Position numbers and translations under genes: made by a program
Shown: piece after piece, positions 1-14,000 of the stretch
How the letters are laid out: the number at the start of each line of letters is the position of its first letter
How positions within the stretch are numbered: position 1 is the first letter of the stretch
Notes under the pieces: generated by a model
What the model was told of the DNA's origin: nothing
The model's database searches: none
What the model saw: only the letters and a program-made list of their open reading frames with translations
NCBI GenBank assembly: GCA_040954595.2
Contig: CM082596.2
Coordinates: 3,899,025 to 3,963,024, forward strand
DNA from: Balanoglossus misakiensis
Taxonomy: Eukaryota; Animalia; Hemichordata
Direction of reading: 5' to 3'
DNA: 64,000 nt

Positions 1-98
1 GCTTCCTATTGGATGTGCTCAAACAGGTTGTTCATTGAATCACAGTCAATGTGATTGTATTTGATACTTTTAGTAAGTGTGTTGGGTTTTCTTCACAG

Positions 99-3000
99 GT
101 GAAAAGTGCCACCAACAAGATCATTTTGAACTGTCTTGATATAGAGATTTCAAGTGCACTTTTCAAAACCGGAGATAAAAGTAAGCTAATTTTATTCACT
201 TTCACAATTTGCCTACAAATAAGATTCTATAGACATCTATAGAATTCTATAGCCTATAGAATTTATATTGAAATTCATAGAATGTTTAAAACAATTAAAG
301 ATGATTGCATTGCATGCAGCTAGCAACTTCTAAGCCAGGTGATCATGGTTTCAGTGTCGTAAAACTAGTATCTGTGTTATGTTAAACAGTGGTTAGACTT
401 GCATAGGTGACCTGAATACCTTTATAGCAAAGTGCCATAGAGTGAATGATTGTGGGTTATGAAAGAACAGGAAAGGTAATTTTGGTTATTTGTTGTTGTT
501 TATCTATGACAGGCGAGACTGCAACCGTGGGTTACAGTAAAGAGGATGAGACGGCCATCTTGACCTTTGCAAGTGAATTGCAACCTGGGACTGGTGAGCT
601 GAGCCTTGAATTCACCGGGGAACTGAACGATAAGATGAAAGGTTTCTACCGCAGCAAGTACATCACGCCAAGCGGAGAAGAGAGATACTGTGCTGTCACG
701 CAGTTTGAAGTGAGTTGCCAGATGTTCTGTTATGCTGATGTGTGTGTGTGTACTCCTAATCTAGTACATGTAATTGTTAGGTTTGCAATAGTGTGCCCAT
801 TATAGTAGATAGTACTGTACAGGATTGGAAATTCAAGTATAACAGGTTTTGTTCACCACAGTGGGAAATGGGGGTGAAGGGGTTAATGTTGTCATAGATG
901 CCACCTGTTGAACAGTAGTATGCAAATTTGTTTTGTTGTTGTTGATGGGCCATATTTGTGATATATATTTTTGTATTCCAGCCTACTGATGCTAGACGTG
1001 CCTTTCCGTGCTGGGATGAACCTGCCATCAAGGCCACTTTTGACATCACATTGATTGCGCCAAAGGATAGAGTTGCTCTCTCCAACATGGTAAGTTACCC
1101 AGACCACATGCAGTTATGTAAGTGGCAAACACTGAGGTGAATACACATCTGATGATCTAACATTTGGTTGCTGAGTTCTTCCTGAACCAAGTTCAAACAA
1201 AAAATGACATAGAGATAATGTATCAAGGAATTCTCATGGACATGCCTTCCGCCAATGTTTTCCAAATCTATCAATTCCAATGGGGACTTTGTCATTGACA
1301 ATGACTTCACTATTGCTTCACTATTCAGCATGTAATTGAAGAAAAGGACCACGAGAAAGACAACAACTTCAAGGAAGTGAAGTACGACACTACACCCATC
1401 ATGTCAACTTATCTGATCGCTTTCGTTGTTGGAGAGTTTGATTACGTGGAAGCTACATCATCCGATGGTGTCTTGATCAGAGTTTACACTCCGTTAGAAA
1501 AGAAAGAGCAAGGAGAATTTGCCTTGGAAGTAAGTAAAACAAAGTCTCTCTAGCCAGACCTTAGATCTGTGCTTGGAATAGGATGAGGGCTAAGCCCAAA
1601 GTGAAATAATCCTGCATTAGGAAAACATTTTTAAAATACCAATAAAAATCAGCTTAACTTCATTGCTTGATGGTCACCTCACAGGTTGCCACCAAGACAC
1701 TTCCATTTTACAAGGACTATTTCAACGTTGCATATCCACTGAAAAAGCTAGATCTCATCGCAATCCCAGTGTTTATGGGTGCCATGGAAAACTGGGGACT
1801 CATAACCTACAGGTATAGTTTATTGTTTTCTATCTAAATATTCAGACTGTATGATGCAAATAAACAAAAATAGACTTCAGAGCGTGGAACTGTGCAAACA
1901 AGAATTTCTTCTTGCACATGTTATTCTTGATTATTAATTCACTGTTACGTGATTTTGTAATTTCAGAGAGACTTTACTTTTGGTGGACCCTCAAAATTCC
2001 TCAGCCTTAGCAAAGCAGTATGTTGCTCTTGTGATCGGTATGTGCACAGCATGTTTCTGTACTTATCACGTTTAGAATCATCATACAGGATACTGTTTTT
2101 GACAGCAAGATATAGGATCACTAACACGAGGTACATGAAATGTGTTGGGATGAAAATGAGAACAGAGGCTTTTAAACCCGTTATTGGCCAATAGAGGGCA
2201 GACTACCTAGTTTAACATCACTTAGTCTCATGCTGTGGTTCTGTGTATGTCTTCAATAGGTCATGAACTATCTCACATGTGGTTTGGAAATCTAGTCACA
2301 ATGGTAAGTTTATATCTAACATTTGTGTCTTAAAATTAATGTAGATTCCACAGCAAAGTATAATCATGGATTACACTTTTTTCAGTATAAGCTATGATTT
2401 CTCTTTATGATATATGGATTCCATTTTGATAGTACCTGACATTTGGTTTATATTTCTTGCATAACAATTTGGTATTTGCATCATTGTAGGAATGGTGGAC
2501 CCATCTTTGGCTGAAGGAGGGTTTTGCAACGTGGATCGAGTACCTGTGTGTTGATCACTGCCATCCAGATTACGATATCTGGACTCAGTTTGTACCTGGG
2601 GATTACACCCGAGCATTGGAGTTTGATGCCTTTAAAAACAGCCATCCCATTGAGGTAGGAATACAGAGCTGTCTAACATTTCTTGCAACTGGGTGTGTGA
2701 GATTTACAGTAAATCGATCCCACAAGCATTACGTGATGTGTCATGATTGGTTATTTCCGTTGTGTTTATTATTCAGGTACCAGTCGGTCACCCGTCTGAA
2801 GTGGATGAAATATTTGACCTGATCTCTTACAGCAAAGGAGCGTCAATCATTAGGATGCTGCATGACTACATTGGAGATGAGGTAAATAGTGTGTGTATGT
2901 GTGTATACTTACATTTCCCTCATTCTTCTGTTTAATAATACCTCATTATTTTGAAATAGAACATCAAACTAAGCAAAATATCTATATTTAGGATTTCAGG

Positions 3001-5953
3001 AAAGGACTTAATGCCTATCTTACTGAACATGCCTACAAGAACACTTTCACTGAAGACCTGTGGGCATCGCTTGGGAAAGCTAGCGGGAAACCCATCGAAG
3101 CAATCATGTCCACCTGGACAAAACAGATGGGATTTCCTGTCATCAAAGTGTCGGCAAAACAGGAAGGCAACTCTCGAGTTCTGACGCTGAATCAGAGCAA
3201 GTTCTGTGCTGATGGCTCCTTGCGAGGCAAGTTTTCTCGTCTTTAGGTGCAACTATTTTGGTTTGAAAATGTCTGGTTTGAAATGTAGGTTTGCCACCGA
3301 GTGTTGACTGTTGCCAACAGAATGAATATATCCGTTTCCGGTGTTGAAGCTGTACAATAATTCCTACTGTCTCGTTGCAGGTGACAAGTCCCAATGGATG
3401 GTACCCATAAGTATCAGTACCAGTGCTAACCCAGGCAAGGCAGCTCTCAAAATCATTCTAGACAAACCCACAACCACAGTGACAATCGAAAATGTCGCCC
3501 CAGATCAGTGGGTCAAGGTAAGAACATCTCGCTTGTCAATTTTATGAAATGTATTTGTTCAATGTTCTGATACGTTTCTAGTTACAGATCATGACAAAAT
3601 TCATAATGATTGACACATAAATGGTGATGTTCTTTTTTGACAGCTGAACCCTGGTACTGTAGGTTTCTACAGAACCCAGTATTCTCCAGAAATGCTAGAT
3701 CTGTTGATGCCAGCCATCAGAGACCAGTCGTTGCCAGCAAGAGACAGACTTGGACTCATCAATGACCAATTTGCACTGGTAAGGAGGGTGAGAGAATCAC
3801 GGGGGCACAGAGGGAGGGGGGAGGGGAGATGTGTGATACTCAAAGCCAGGAGGTAAAAATGAAGTCTCACACCTGATCATGATATTGCACATGTTATAAA
3901 ATGAAAAAAGGTGTACTATGTATTTATTATATTGGATTACTGTCTTAGGCCAAGGCTGGTGACGTCGCTACTGTTGAAGTCTTGAAACTGATAGATGCCT
4001 ACAAGAACGAAACCAATTTCACCGTATGGTCGGACATCTGCAAAACTTTGGGGTCCCTCTCTGCACTACTGCGCCACACTGATTATCTGGATAGCCTCAA
4101 AGCCTTTGGAAGAAACCTGCTGTCACCTGTGGCTGAGAAGTTAACCTGGGATCCCAAGCAAGGAGAAGGTAATAATGCATCAAGTCTGAAACATTGACTA
4201 TGATTGGCTAATGTTGGGACAGGAAACATTGTGTGATGATTTTTCAACCAATTGGAATATATGTTGTGGATGTCAGGAGACTTTGTTGAAGCTGTACAAT
4301 AATTCCTATCATCTGAATATTATTCCTAAAGGCCACTTGGACGCCTTGTTGAGAAGCCTGGTCATGCTGCAACTCAGTCGATTTGGTCATCCCGAAATCG
4401 TTGCCGAGGCCAAGAAGAGATTTGATGCCCATGCAGGCGGAAAAGAAAAGATTCCAGTTGACCTTAGAAGCCCCGTAAGAAATATATGGAATATTGTCTG
4501 TGAATTTTAGTGGTTGAAATACTCATTTGAAATTCTTGCACTGCCAAATATTTTGTATTTTCAAACCAAGAATGATTGTAGATCTGATGCCTTTACAGCT
4601 TTTATCAATGCCTTTCTATCTTTCTGAAAATCACTTTCAGGTCTATCATGGTGTACTCTCACAAGCAAATGAAGACGTTTTTGAAGCAGTACTCAAGGTA
4701 AAATATCATTTTCAAGCTGTGCATTGTTTTATTGCCCGTACCTGATATTTAAGCAATAAAACACCCCCAGCCATGGTATATCACGAGATTTTGACCAGTT
4801 CACGACATATACGCACGAGCGATAGCGAGTGCGTATATGGAGTTGAACTGGTCAAAATCGAGTGGTATACCATGGCTGGGGGTGTTTTATTGCTATTATA
4901 TTATGCCAGTATATTGAAACTTTGCATAAAACATTTTTAAAAGGCATTTTCTTTAACTATGATATATGACTGTGGTATATGGCTAATATATCACGGTCAC
5001 GTGTCGTGTCTCGACCAATCAAATAGCGTGATTTACACCATCAATATACTGGTATAATATAATACATCTTATAATATTTTGGGGCAAGTGTGGTTTCAGT
5101 TATTGGGAGACGATAATGGTGATGAATATGATAATGAAGGTGACAGTGAATGGTAATGTTTGTTCAATATGTCTTGCAGTTTTATCAGCAGCAAGATCTG
5201 CATGAAGAAAGAGAACGCATCATGAGAACACTTGGAGCTGTGAAAGATCCAGCATTGCTCAAGAGAGTTCTGGACTTCTCTCGAAGTGTATGTATCATGT
5301 TGACAGTATTGAAGATTGTGAGATGAAGCGAGTGAAATTACATGGTGTTTGAAGCTGACAACATACAGAATGTTTTTTAGTGTTCCTTCAAATTTTGAAA
5401 CAAGTAGAAATTGAAATGCGAAGCTAGGCTCTTGTTATTGACTTTTTAATTTTTTTTTTCCCACATTAGGATAAAGTCCGAACCCAGGACATGAACAGAG
5501 TCTTGTTTGGGGTTGTGGAATCCAAGGCTGGACTGGAAATGGCCTGGAAATTCCTGCAAGATAACTGGAATGGCATACACGAACAGTATGGAGATGGCAT
5601 GATGATAACTACCACAGTCAAGGTAGGATTCTTTCCCTGGAATACTGTCTGTGAATCTAGAAATTAAGAATTCATCAGACGAGATGAAATTCTTGTATGT
5701 AACCAGAGCAGTAACTGCGACGATGTCAAAAGCAATCATAATTCAAAATTATGTTATTTGTTTACAGTTTTGTACAGAGGGCTTTGCAAGCGAAGAGAGG
5801 GCCAAGGAAGTTGAGGAATTCTTCAGAACTCATGAAGCCCCTGGGGCCGAGCGCACCATACAGCAATCCCTGGAGAACATCCGACTCAACACCAAGTGGC
5901 TTGCAAGAGATTCCGACAATATCAAGGCATTCCTGGCCAGCAAAGCCGAATGA
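99..5953 (+). CDS. NPEPPS: Puromycin-sensitive aminopeptidase-like M1 zinc metallopeptidase, 5'-partial, 18 exons in window
   Basis: Exons 99-180, 513-709, 982-1089, 1329-1529, 1685-1812, 1967-2037, 2260-2303, 2490-2654, 2777-2881, 2992-3226, 3381-3517, 3644-3778, 3949-4168, 4332-4474, 4641-4697, 5180-5287, 5470-5622, 5768-5953 join in frame (2475 nt, TGA at 5951-5953). Motifs: [41 protein letters not shown]-x18-E ([13 protein letters not shown]), [29 protein letters not shown]. The first exon lies upstream of the window. Confidence 0.93.
3227..3380 (+). other. Non-canonical GC-AG intron in the NPEPPS-like gene
   Basis: Donor CGAG|GCAAGT at 3226/3227 is phase 1 and matches the acceptor TTGCAG|GT at 3380/3381. 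Reading through reaches TAG within 5 codons, and no consensus GT donor of the right phase is available. Confidence 0.8.
4752..5064. mobile_element. Non-autonomous foldback/palindromic element in an NPEPPS intron
   Basis: Imperfect hairpin of about 143 bp at 4752-4894 (AGCAATAAAACACCCCCAGCCATGGTATA...TATACCATGGCTGGGGGTGTTTTATTGCT), followed by a second 24 bp inverted pair at 4894-4917 / 5041-5064 with one mismatch. Confidence 0.7.
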
Positions 5954-7759
5954 GCAATGCCGTCATTCTGAACTGGAGATGTCAGCCCCGTTGTAAAATC
6001 CACAGTCAGAGTAACACAAACTGATGCATCCCATCCCTTAAACACACTCCGTTTTACAGCATTGGAGTAACATGTAGATACAAGTAGCAATTACACCACC
6101 GTGTCATGTACCAGAATCGGACTGATTTTACAGGCCATCACAGGACTGACATTACAGTGACTGAATCTTCCTGAGGTTTTCTTTGTTTTGTTCGAAGTGC
6201 AAAGGCTGAACAGTTCTAATGTTGTGAATTTAAGTCTCTACAAGACTATAAACCTTGAATAGGGTACCATTGATTTTAGTTACATAGCTTTTATTATTTG
6301 GTATTCGGTATAATGGCCATATAGTGTTGTGCATGCTGTACAACAGAAATATATAAGGCCTTACTGGGACATGAAACTCCCAAATATCCCACCTAGCTAG
6401 GAGTAGGATTATGATCAGGGTAAATACCCAGGGGTAACTGTCCTAGATCCTAAACATTTATTTCAATATTTCAAGATATGTATTAGAAGCTAAAGCATTA
6501 TTGTAACCAGTTTTTTTTGTTTGAATTTAATTCAAAGCATGCTTGGGAGCCAAATAGTTCTGGCAATGTTAAATTCTGATGTTCTTGAGATTCGCACAAG
6601 CAACTGAAATAAAAAAAAATCATGAATGACAAAGTGTAATTTGATTTTATGGCAATTTTACTGTGACATAACTTTGATTTGGATGCTGAACTATTTGATG
6701 TGCGGATGTTTAAAAGAATTGAGATAATACAGCTGTGATTCAATTATCACACAAAATAGATAAATACCCCCTTATAAACCAAATCTCTTATATTTCATGT
6801 GAATTGAAAATGTAAGGCTGTGAGCATTGCAAATTGCAGCAAATCAAATGTCCCTTTCCCTGATGAAGACATCCAACTCACGCGAGAAAAGTGCGCCACC
6901 AACGACGAAACTTGAAACCACCTGCACGACACGCGTCACCTGGAGTTGTCGTTTACAAATATCCTTCATTTCTCACAAATGTTCACATTTTTCGCCGAAG
7001 AAACGTAAGAAAGCACAGAAAAGGTAGGTGCACAAAAGGAATTGTTTATATAGGGTTATCTGTCAGTATTTTGTTTGATAAATCCTCGCCTGAGAAGCAA
7101 AAAAACGAATATTTCACTCGTTTTGAGTTTCGTTTCTAATTATGCTAATTAGCAATATACGGTGGTAAAAGGTAAGTTGTCAGTTTCGGTGATTTACCGT
7201 TTCTGTTAATGATAGCAACCTACTTTTTAGAGTAAAACTTTTACTCTGGATAATCCTTCAATTATCATATACCATAAATAAGTAAGGTTTGTCGATAAAA
7301 TGTTTTTGTCCACGAGTAAATATAAGAACAAGTTTCTTTTGCACGTGTTTATCAATGCATAATATATGCTAATTTGTTCAGGAAAAGTCGGCAATTTAAT
7401 GTAATTCTTTACTAGTAACTGATAAGTTTCACATTTGACCATTTAGAATTATGATTTAGTATATTTAAAATAAACATAAACTTGCAATTTTCGGTTGAAT
7501 TTTCACTTGCATGAATGCATATAGAAGTTTTACGTGACGTCCCAAATGAAATTTCAACTTGATGCATTTCTGCGTGCATGCAGACGACCAGCACAACGTG
7601 CGGCAAACTACGAGAACCTTGTGCACATATACACATGTAGTAAATGTTTTTGTTAATCATGTTAATTAAGAATACGATTTTATCTTGTCCGCGGTATAGG
7701 TGCAGGTGCTCGGACTCGGACGTACGTACGTGAAACATGTGAAAATAAGGACCTGGGAT

Positions 7760-7919
7760 TTTAAGCCAATCAGCGCTCTGTGTTCGCGATAATCATATGG
7801 CACTTCCGGGGTCGTCAATGGGTTGGGCTTCCGGAACGGAAGGCTCCTCGGACTCGTACTACTGAAGATCGTCAGGGAATTCAACGCAAACCTAAGGAGT
7901 TATACTGAACAAAATGGCG
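7760..7919 (+). promoter_or_regulatory. CpG-enriched proximal promoter of EGFR paralog A
   Basis: NF-Y-type AGCCAATCAG (7764-7773), ETS-type CACTTCCGG (7801-7809) and CTTCCGGAACGGAAG (about 7828-7842), YY1/Kozak-like AAAATGGCG over the ATG at 7914. Local CpG density is far above the flanks. Confidence 0.6.
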
Positions 7920-8064
7920 TGGAGGAGGCGACTGAGGATGTGTATCTTTGCTCTGATCGTAATAGGACATCAACTGGTGGGAAAGAGCGACTCTGTCAAA
8001 ACCTGTCAACTGGAAATACCCAGCGATGGTGTATGTGAGGAAAGCGATCGCCCATGTCCTAAAA
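7914..8064 (+). CDS. Exon 1 of paralog A: signal-peptide-like leader plus last Cys module of domain II (EGFR exon 8 equivalent)
   Basis: [50 protein letters not shown], then A|GTAAGT phase-1 donor. Aligns end to end with B 54775-54625 and joins in frame to the L2 exon at 20411. Confidence 0.85.
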
Positions 8065-11000
8065 GTAAGTTACGATTTCGTATGAAGCTAGTAACAGTGA
8101 TTATGTATTGGCGACTATGTACAATGTACAGCTGAAATAAATCACTCGATCGCCCGTGTGTTGTTTACGGTACGGGTCAGATCGGTCGTTCTCGAAGGAG
8201 ATAGACCGATCACAGACTGATCCTTTCAGCTGTACATTTTTTTTCAAACAGGTCAGCCAACCTGTTCAAAGTGTATATGTTCAACACCTTGACAATAAAT
8301 ATTGTCACATAACAACATTCACAATTCTTTATGATATTTGTAAAATTTCCATTCGATGTCATGTCTTTGTTGAGGTTTGGTCCTTGTAGTTTAGTCCACT
8401 GATGCTGAAAACGGGAAAATTTCGCGAATGATAAATTTTTGCGAAGTATGCGAGAGCAAAATAACAGTTGCCTCTTTTGATCTCGCGAAAATTTCCTGCC
8501 ACGAAAATTTCCCGTTTTACAGTATTCACGTTTCTGTATTTTTCACTTCTTTAAAAAGTAAGATATAGTTTCCACCACAAACTCTTGTCTGAGTGAGAAG
8601 AGTTTGTGAAGGCTAAACTCCTCACTTACCACAGTATGCTTCTATTTTTAGACCTAGTTATTGTCATCTTGACATCAACCAACAAACTAATGGCTCTCGT
8701 ATATCTCTGATAAAAAGAAATCTTAGCTATGGCACAAATAATTATGTGAGCATCGTTCACACCACAATGTTCTATCAGTATAAAAGTTCTTCCATTGAAT
8801 GGGTAATTTTGCGGAAAAAAACAGTTCTTGAGAAAATGATAATGCACATGGGAAAGCGTTGATGTCACAGGAAACCTTTAAGTGGGTGGTGTTGCATCCT
8901 TGTGAAGTAAGGATATTTTTAAACAGCCACATAAACACACACTGAGAAAGGCCTACAGGGGTTCACAGGAAGCCCTTTACCTTGTTATATTGGCTGGGAC
9001 TGTCAGCAACTTTTACCTAAAAACTGCACATTATCTTTCTGATCAATTAGTTCAATCTTTAAGGTGGTTAGTCAGAGTTGGCCAGTATTGAGTAACCTTT
9101 TCCTCCATCTGTACTCTCGAGCAAAATTTATGTTTCATAATTGAAATTCAAGTAATATTAAGGCATATGCATATTATGTTTTAGGCAAACAAACAGTTTC
9201 ATTTACATGAGTACTGCGACCCAGTATCCATGATTCACTTGTACTACTTTTGAAACCCCCCTTACAACAGATGTGACTTAATTTGGTCAAGTAGCATAGT
9301 TTGCATGTGTGTGGTTGCACCCACACATGGACGTCTCAAGGAAATGCAGCAGAGGGGTTGAATGATATATAGTGAAAGTGGTTATTTATTGTTCCTGAGG
9401 AAAGGAAACGGAGAAACCCAGGAAGGAAACACAGTCATTCTTTCTATGTCAGGTTGTTAAGTTGATAGGATAAATCATGCAATATTGGTATTCTTGTACA
9501 ATTTGGGCCGGGTTGAAAAAAGGCTATCAAATGGATTTTAATGATTTCCAGATTATCGAAGTACAACATAGTCCATGTGTTGGGTTTCATGTTCAAGGTT
9601 TTAAAGAACTGGTAACATTTTGGTAATGACCTTTGATTCTGATTTCTAAGCTGATCATTAAAAGATGACAGTGCTTAATTTGCAAAACTATCGCAGCAAG
9701 TGGCAAGTCTTTGGCAAGGATGAATTTTAAGTCTTGGACGCTGCAGGCTCATCTGCTCTTGCCTGGATCTGTTACACAGATGCCCTGGTTTTACACAGTG
9801 TGCAATCTACTTTTATATGTGAGAGTAAGCCACAAATTTTTTTATACCCATGATTTATTGTTGAGGCTAGTGAGGATGGGCTAGTTCCTCTTTGGTGATC
9901 TGTTGGTATATCCACTTCAGTCAGAGTGGTTTCCTGTTGACCAGTCAAATATACTGCACAGTGCATGAGATTACATTTGCTTTCAGACCTTGTGTGTTCA
10001 CATCGTTAAACTGGTTATTGTCTGTTGAGATAATTGGTAGTCAGTTCATGTGAAAGAGACTTTCATGTCTGCTCTTCATATACATTGGATTTGTGTTATT
10101 TATTTGCTGATCGAGGCTGTATTACACTTACAGGATGGATGTAGTAATAATTCATTTAGCTTCAGAGCCTTTTGGTTGGTACAATTTGATGCTGTCTGAA
10201 GTGAATTTTTTCAGCTTCTGCAAAGTGTTAAGAATGACTGATCTTTTCAAGGATGACCTTTGCTTTCAAATCCTGGGGTTTATTGATAAATGACAGAATG
10301 ACATCATCATGTATTGTGTCTAGAATCTCAAAGACTATTCTCACTTCAGTTGCCTGAGATGCTGTTTTGACTTCAATGGCCCAATTTTTTTTAATATTTA
10401 AAACCCATATTTGGGTAACAACAGGTTCACTTTCTTGCTCAACAGTTGTTCCAGTGATACATAAAATTTAAATAATAATAAACATTATTAACTATACAAG
10501 TTGTTTTGTACATTCTTGTACAGTGATTCTTGTTCAACGGCTCTGTAACTCATCTTCAGAACTTTGGTTATTTGTGTTGGCTAAGTTTCTTTGTTTTTCT
10601 GAAGTTATCTGCATTGCACAGTACATGTACATGCCATGCTAGCAAAGTCTGCATAATCTAGGGGCATTGCTATTGTACAAATTGAATAGTTCAGACTTGC
10701 GGTCAATTGTCAACAACAACAATAGCGGTTATACATACATTTGTCTACAGTCTGAGTCAACAAGTTGCACGCTACATGTAGTTGTTTTAGTGTGAAAAAG
10801 TAAAAAAAATTGTAGCTAATATTAATGCACAGAACAGAAATTATGAAAAAGTTTTAATGCTACTGTTCCATAAATACTTTGGAACCCAGCCAAATTGAAT
10901 GGTTTAGTATCCATGTCTGAAATCTACAGTCACTGGTTAATTGGGTCAGTCACCAAATATAGTTGTGTGCCCTGTCAACCAGGACAGCGATACTGTTCAT

Positions 11001-14000
11001 TTCAATTGGTACTAATTGATTCACAAAATGTTCAGGAATTATTTGTGAGACCACATGCAGTGTCTAACCTTAAAAAGTTTAATGGATAGGGGCAACATGC
11101 AGGGTCTCAAAATACATACTCTAATGAATTACATCATCATTTATGCACTGAATGTGTACGTGTGTATATGCACGTGTGTGCGTATTAAACATGCTTGCGT
11201 GCTTACACGTTTCATAAATATTAGAATCGCCTGCCAGATAAAAAATTCTAACCACATTCGTATCAATTAAAGTTTGGTATGAAATCACTGAATAAGTTTC
11301 AGATTTTTTTATCGTGTTGATGATTGAATTTGAACAGATTTCTATTAAATAGGCCAACATTTGAACGTAAATTTGAAGTGACAAAGCAAGAGTTGTTTTG
11401 TACACTCATTTCCTGAGCAACACTCTAATGTCCTTATTTAGACCGAATTTAGTCATTACATAAGACCATCTACGTAAGAATTCCATCTGTTCATTGTGTA
11501 AGTTTCCTTTTATTTTGTCTAGGCCGTATCCATTCTGTCGTTACCATATTTTCAAGAGAAAAAGCCCCAGATTCAAATATTGCTAAAATAAAGATAAGGC
11601 AGGCTTGATTTTTTCCTGAACACACCCCATATGAAATTTATTGTCTTAGTGCGTACTGAATACCAGAATGATCAATTCAGTTGTCTAGAACTAGACACGA
11701 ACCCGGGTTCACTTAATTGGTAAGAGAAGAGTGTTAATGGGTGACAGCAGTTGTAGTGAATTTAGATGAGTCAATTTCCTTCAATCAACTTATCGAGTCA
11801 GTAAAATGATTATATGCAAACGAACCTTGGAACTCAATGGTAATTTAATTCAATCCATCAATCTAATAAATTGAAACAACAGGTAGGAAAGCTATAACAT
11901 AAATTATGAATCGAGAGTAGGATTAGGATTGGTCATTTCAGGTATAATATTTCATCTTTTATGACAAGACGTTCACTACAAATTACAATATCCGCCAGTG
12001 TTCTAGAGAGTGCAGGGTTTATATTACATTATCATCATCAGTTGTCAGTAGATTGGCGATAATTGTTCTTTCATGGGTAAAGTAAAAATCATCCTAAAAT
12101 GTCAAATTGCAAATTCTATTCTATAAACACACACTTGTAGAAATACTTTGTAGTGTCTGGTTTAAATTAAACGTTTGTCAGGTTTTGAGGACAGATTGCG
12201 ATATTCGTTTGAATTGCTTGAAATGGGACTATGCATGTACATTTCTCAATGTACAAATTCTAAGTAAAAAGGAAAATGGCCATGAGTCAAGCCCATCACA
12301 ACGTGAGTCAGCTGGTATGATAATTATCTTGCAGAGAGGATTCTGCTAGTCTGTTAAATTTTGAGTATAAATCATATTGTGCCTGAGCTATTTATGGCAG
12401 GAATCCTGACATTGATCGTCAATTCTTGTAGGTTATTTTGCCTGTGCAAAGTTCAATGTCTATGTGTACAACATGTATGTGTACATGTAAATGTCCTAAA
12501 TATTGTGGAATGTCTGAAATGTGTGACGTACATTACAGATGCATATCACTCGAAATTAATCCATGTGCATTACAACTGTTCTATTTCATATTTATGCGAC
12601 CATCTGCAAGGAATATGAAATCTTTGAGTTGGCATTTTGCTTGAGGTTTTCGCACCACTGGTGTGCTAATCTGTTTTACCACAAAATGTATTGCCAAACA
12701 GAAATAAAATCAATGGGGGATTATTAGGAGAATAATCTTTTACTTAAGTGCGGTAATCTTTTAACTAGATTAAATAAGATTAAGATCTGACTTGCCTTGT
12801 ACTTCAGAAAATAAACACTCAAGTCAAATACTAAATGAGCTGCCCGTAGTATCATTCAAACCACAGGTTTGGAATTTATGAAATAGCCTGGGTCGATGTT
12901 TACTGTCAAATGATTCAAGCTGAATTGTAATATAGAGTGGTACTATGAAAAGGAGTATAATTATAAATATTGCCTTGGAATTCAAGGTTATTTATTCAGT
13001 ACAGTCATGGTTAAAGGAGCAAGTGATGAAACGTCATTACTGAAAGATGCTGGTACAAGCATTAATTTTCACTGGTTTGTAATTCTGTGTGTCATATATT
13101 GATAAATCACAGCAATAAATTAAATGTAAAACTACTTGAAAGTTTAGAATTTGACGATATGAGAACTACCGAGTACTTTATTATAATTTTATTCTTGAGA
13201 GACTTCAAACATATATATATATGTGAAGAACTGAATCTATGTTGATAAATTCATTACTGGCTGCTTGAGAAATTAACATGTTTATTTTTCCACTCATGGA
13301 TAAGAAATACCGCCTCACATAAGAAAACAAGAATTCTAATTTGTGTGATTGCAGCAGACAAAATATTTTAGTTAGTCTGATTAATTAAACCAAACAATGG
13401 CTAATCAGATCACTACAGTTGCTAATCAACTCAGGATGTCCACCCTGGTATGTGTGATCAGAAACTGCTGCCTAGACTGTCAGTAAACACTTGCACCTTC
13501 TTTGTCTAAACTTGCAACGCAACCAAGACGAGTTCCATGTATGGAAAGTACGAACCTGAATTCAGTGTTTTATAGATGCTAGAACTGAACGCCGTAAGGG
13601 TGGGAGCAGGCACCAAAGACTGACACAGATAACATGCACGAAACGAAGGCTAAAACAGCACAAGCGATTGGCAGTCTAAATGCTCCCCAGTACATCAACT
13701 ATTCTGTCTGAAATTAAATCTACATTTCACATTTTAGGCCACACCCAAAATAGATCAGTGTAGTTACATGATTACCATCTACCTAGACTGTCACAGAGAG
13801 ACAATTTTTGCACATATTTTGGAAAATTCGTTATGTTTATTTCGGTGGACACACAGATGGCATTGCAACTCAGCCATATCAATATCCTGTCAAAATTAAG
13901 ATATCATTCATGTATATGTGTAGCTATATCAAGTTACAGATTCTACCAAGCAGTAGTTTGTGTCGCAACTATCTGTCAAAAATTATAGATAGATATTTTG

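Noticed and set aside
4230-4318. Box C/D snoRNA candidate (GTGATGA...CTGA) in an NPEPPS intron
   Set aside because: No convincing terminal stem or recognisable guide, and box D is too close to the 3' splice site.
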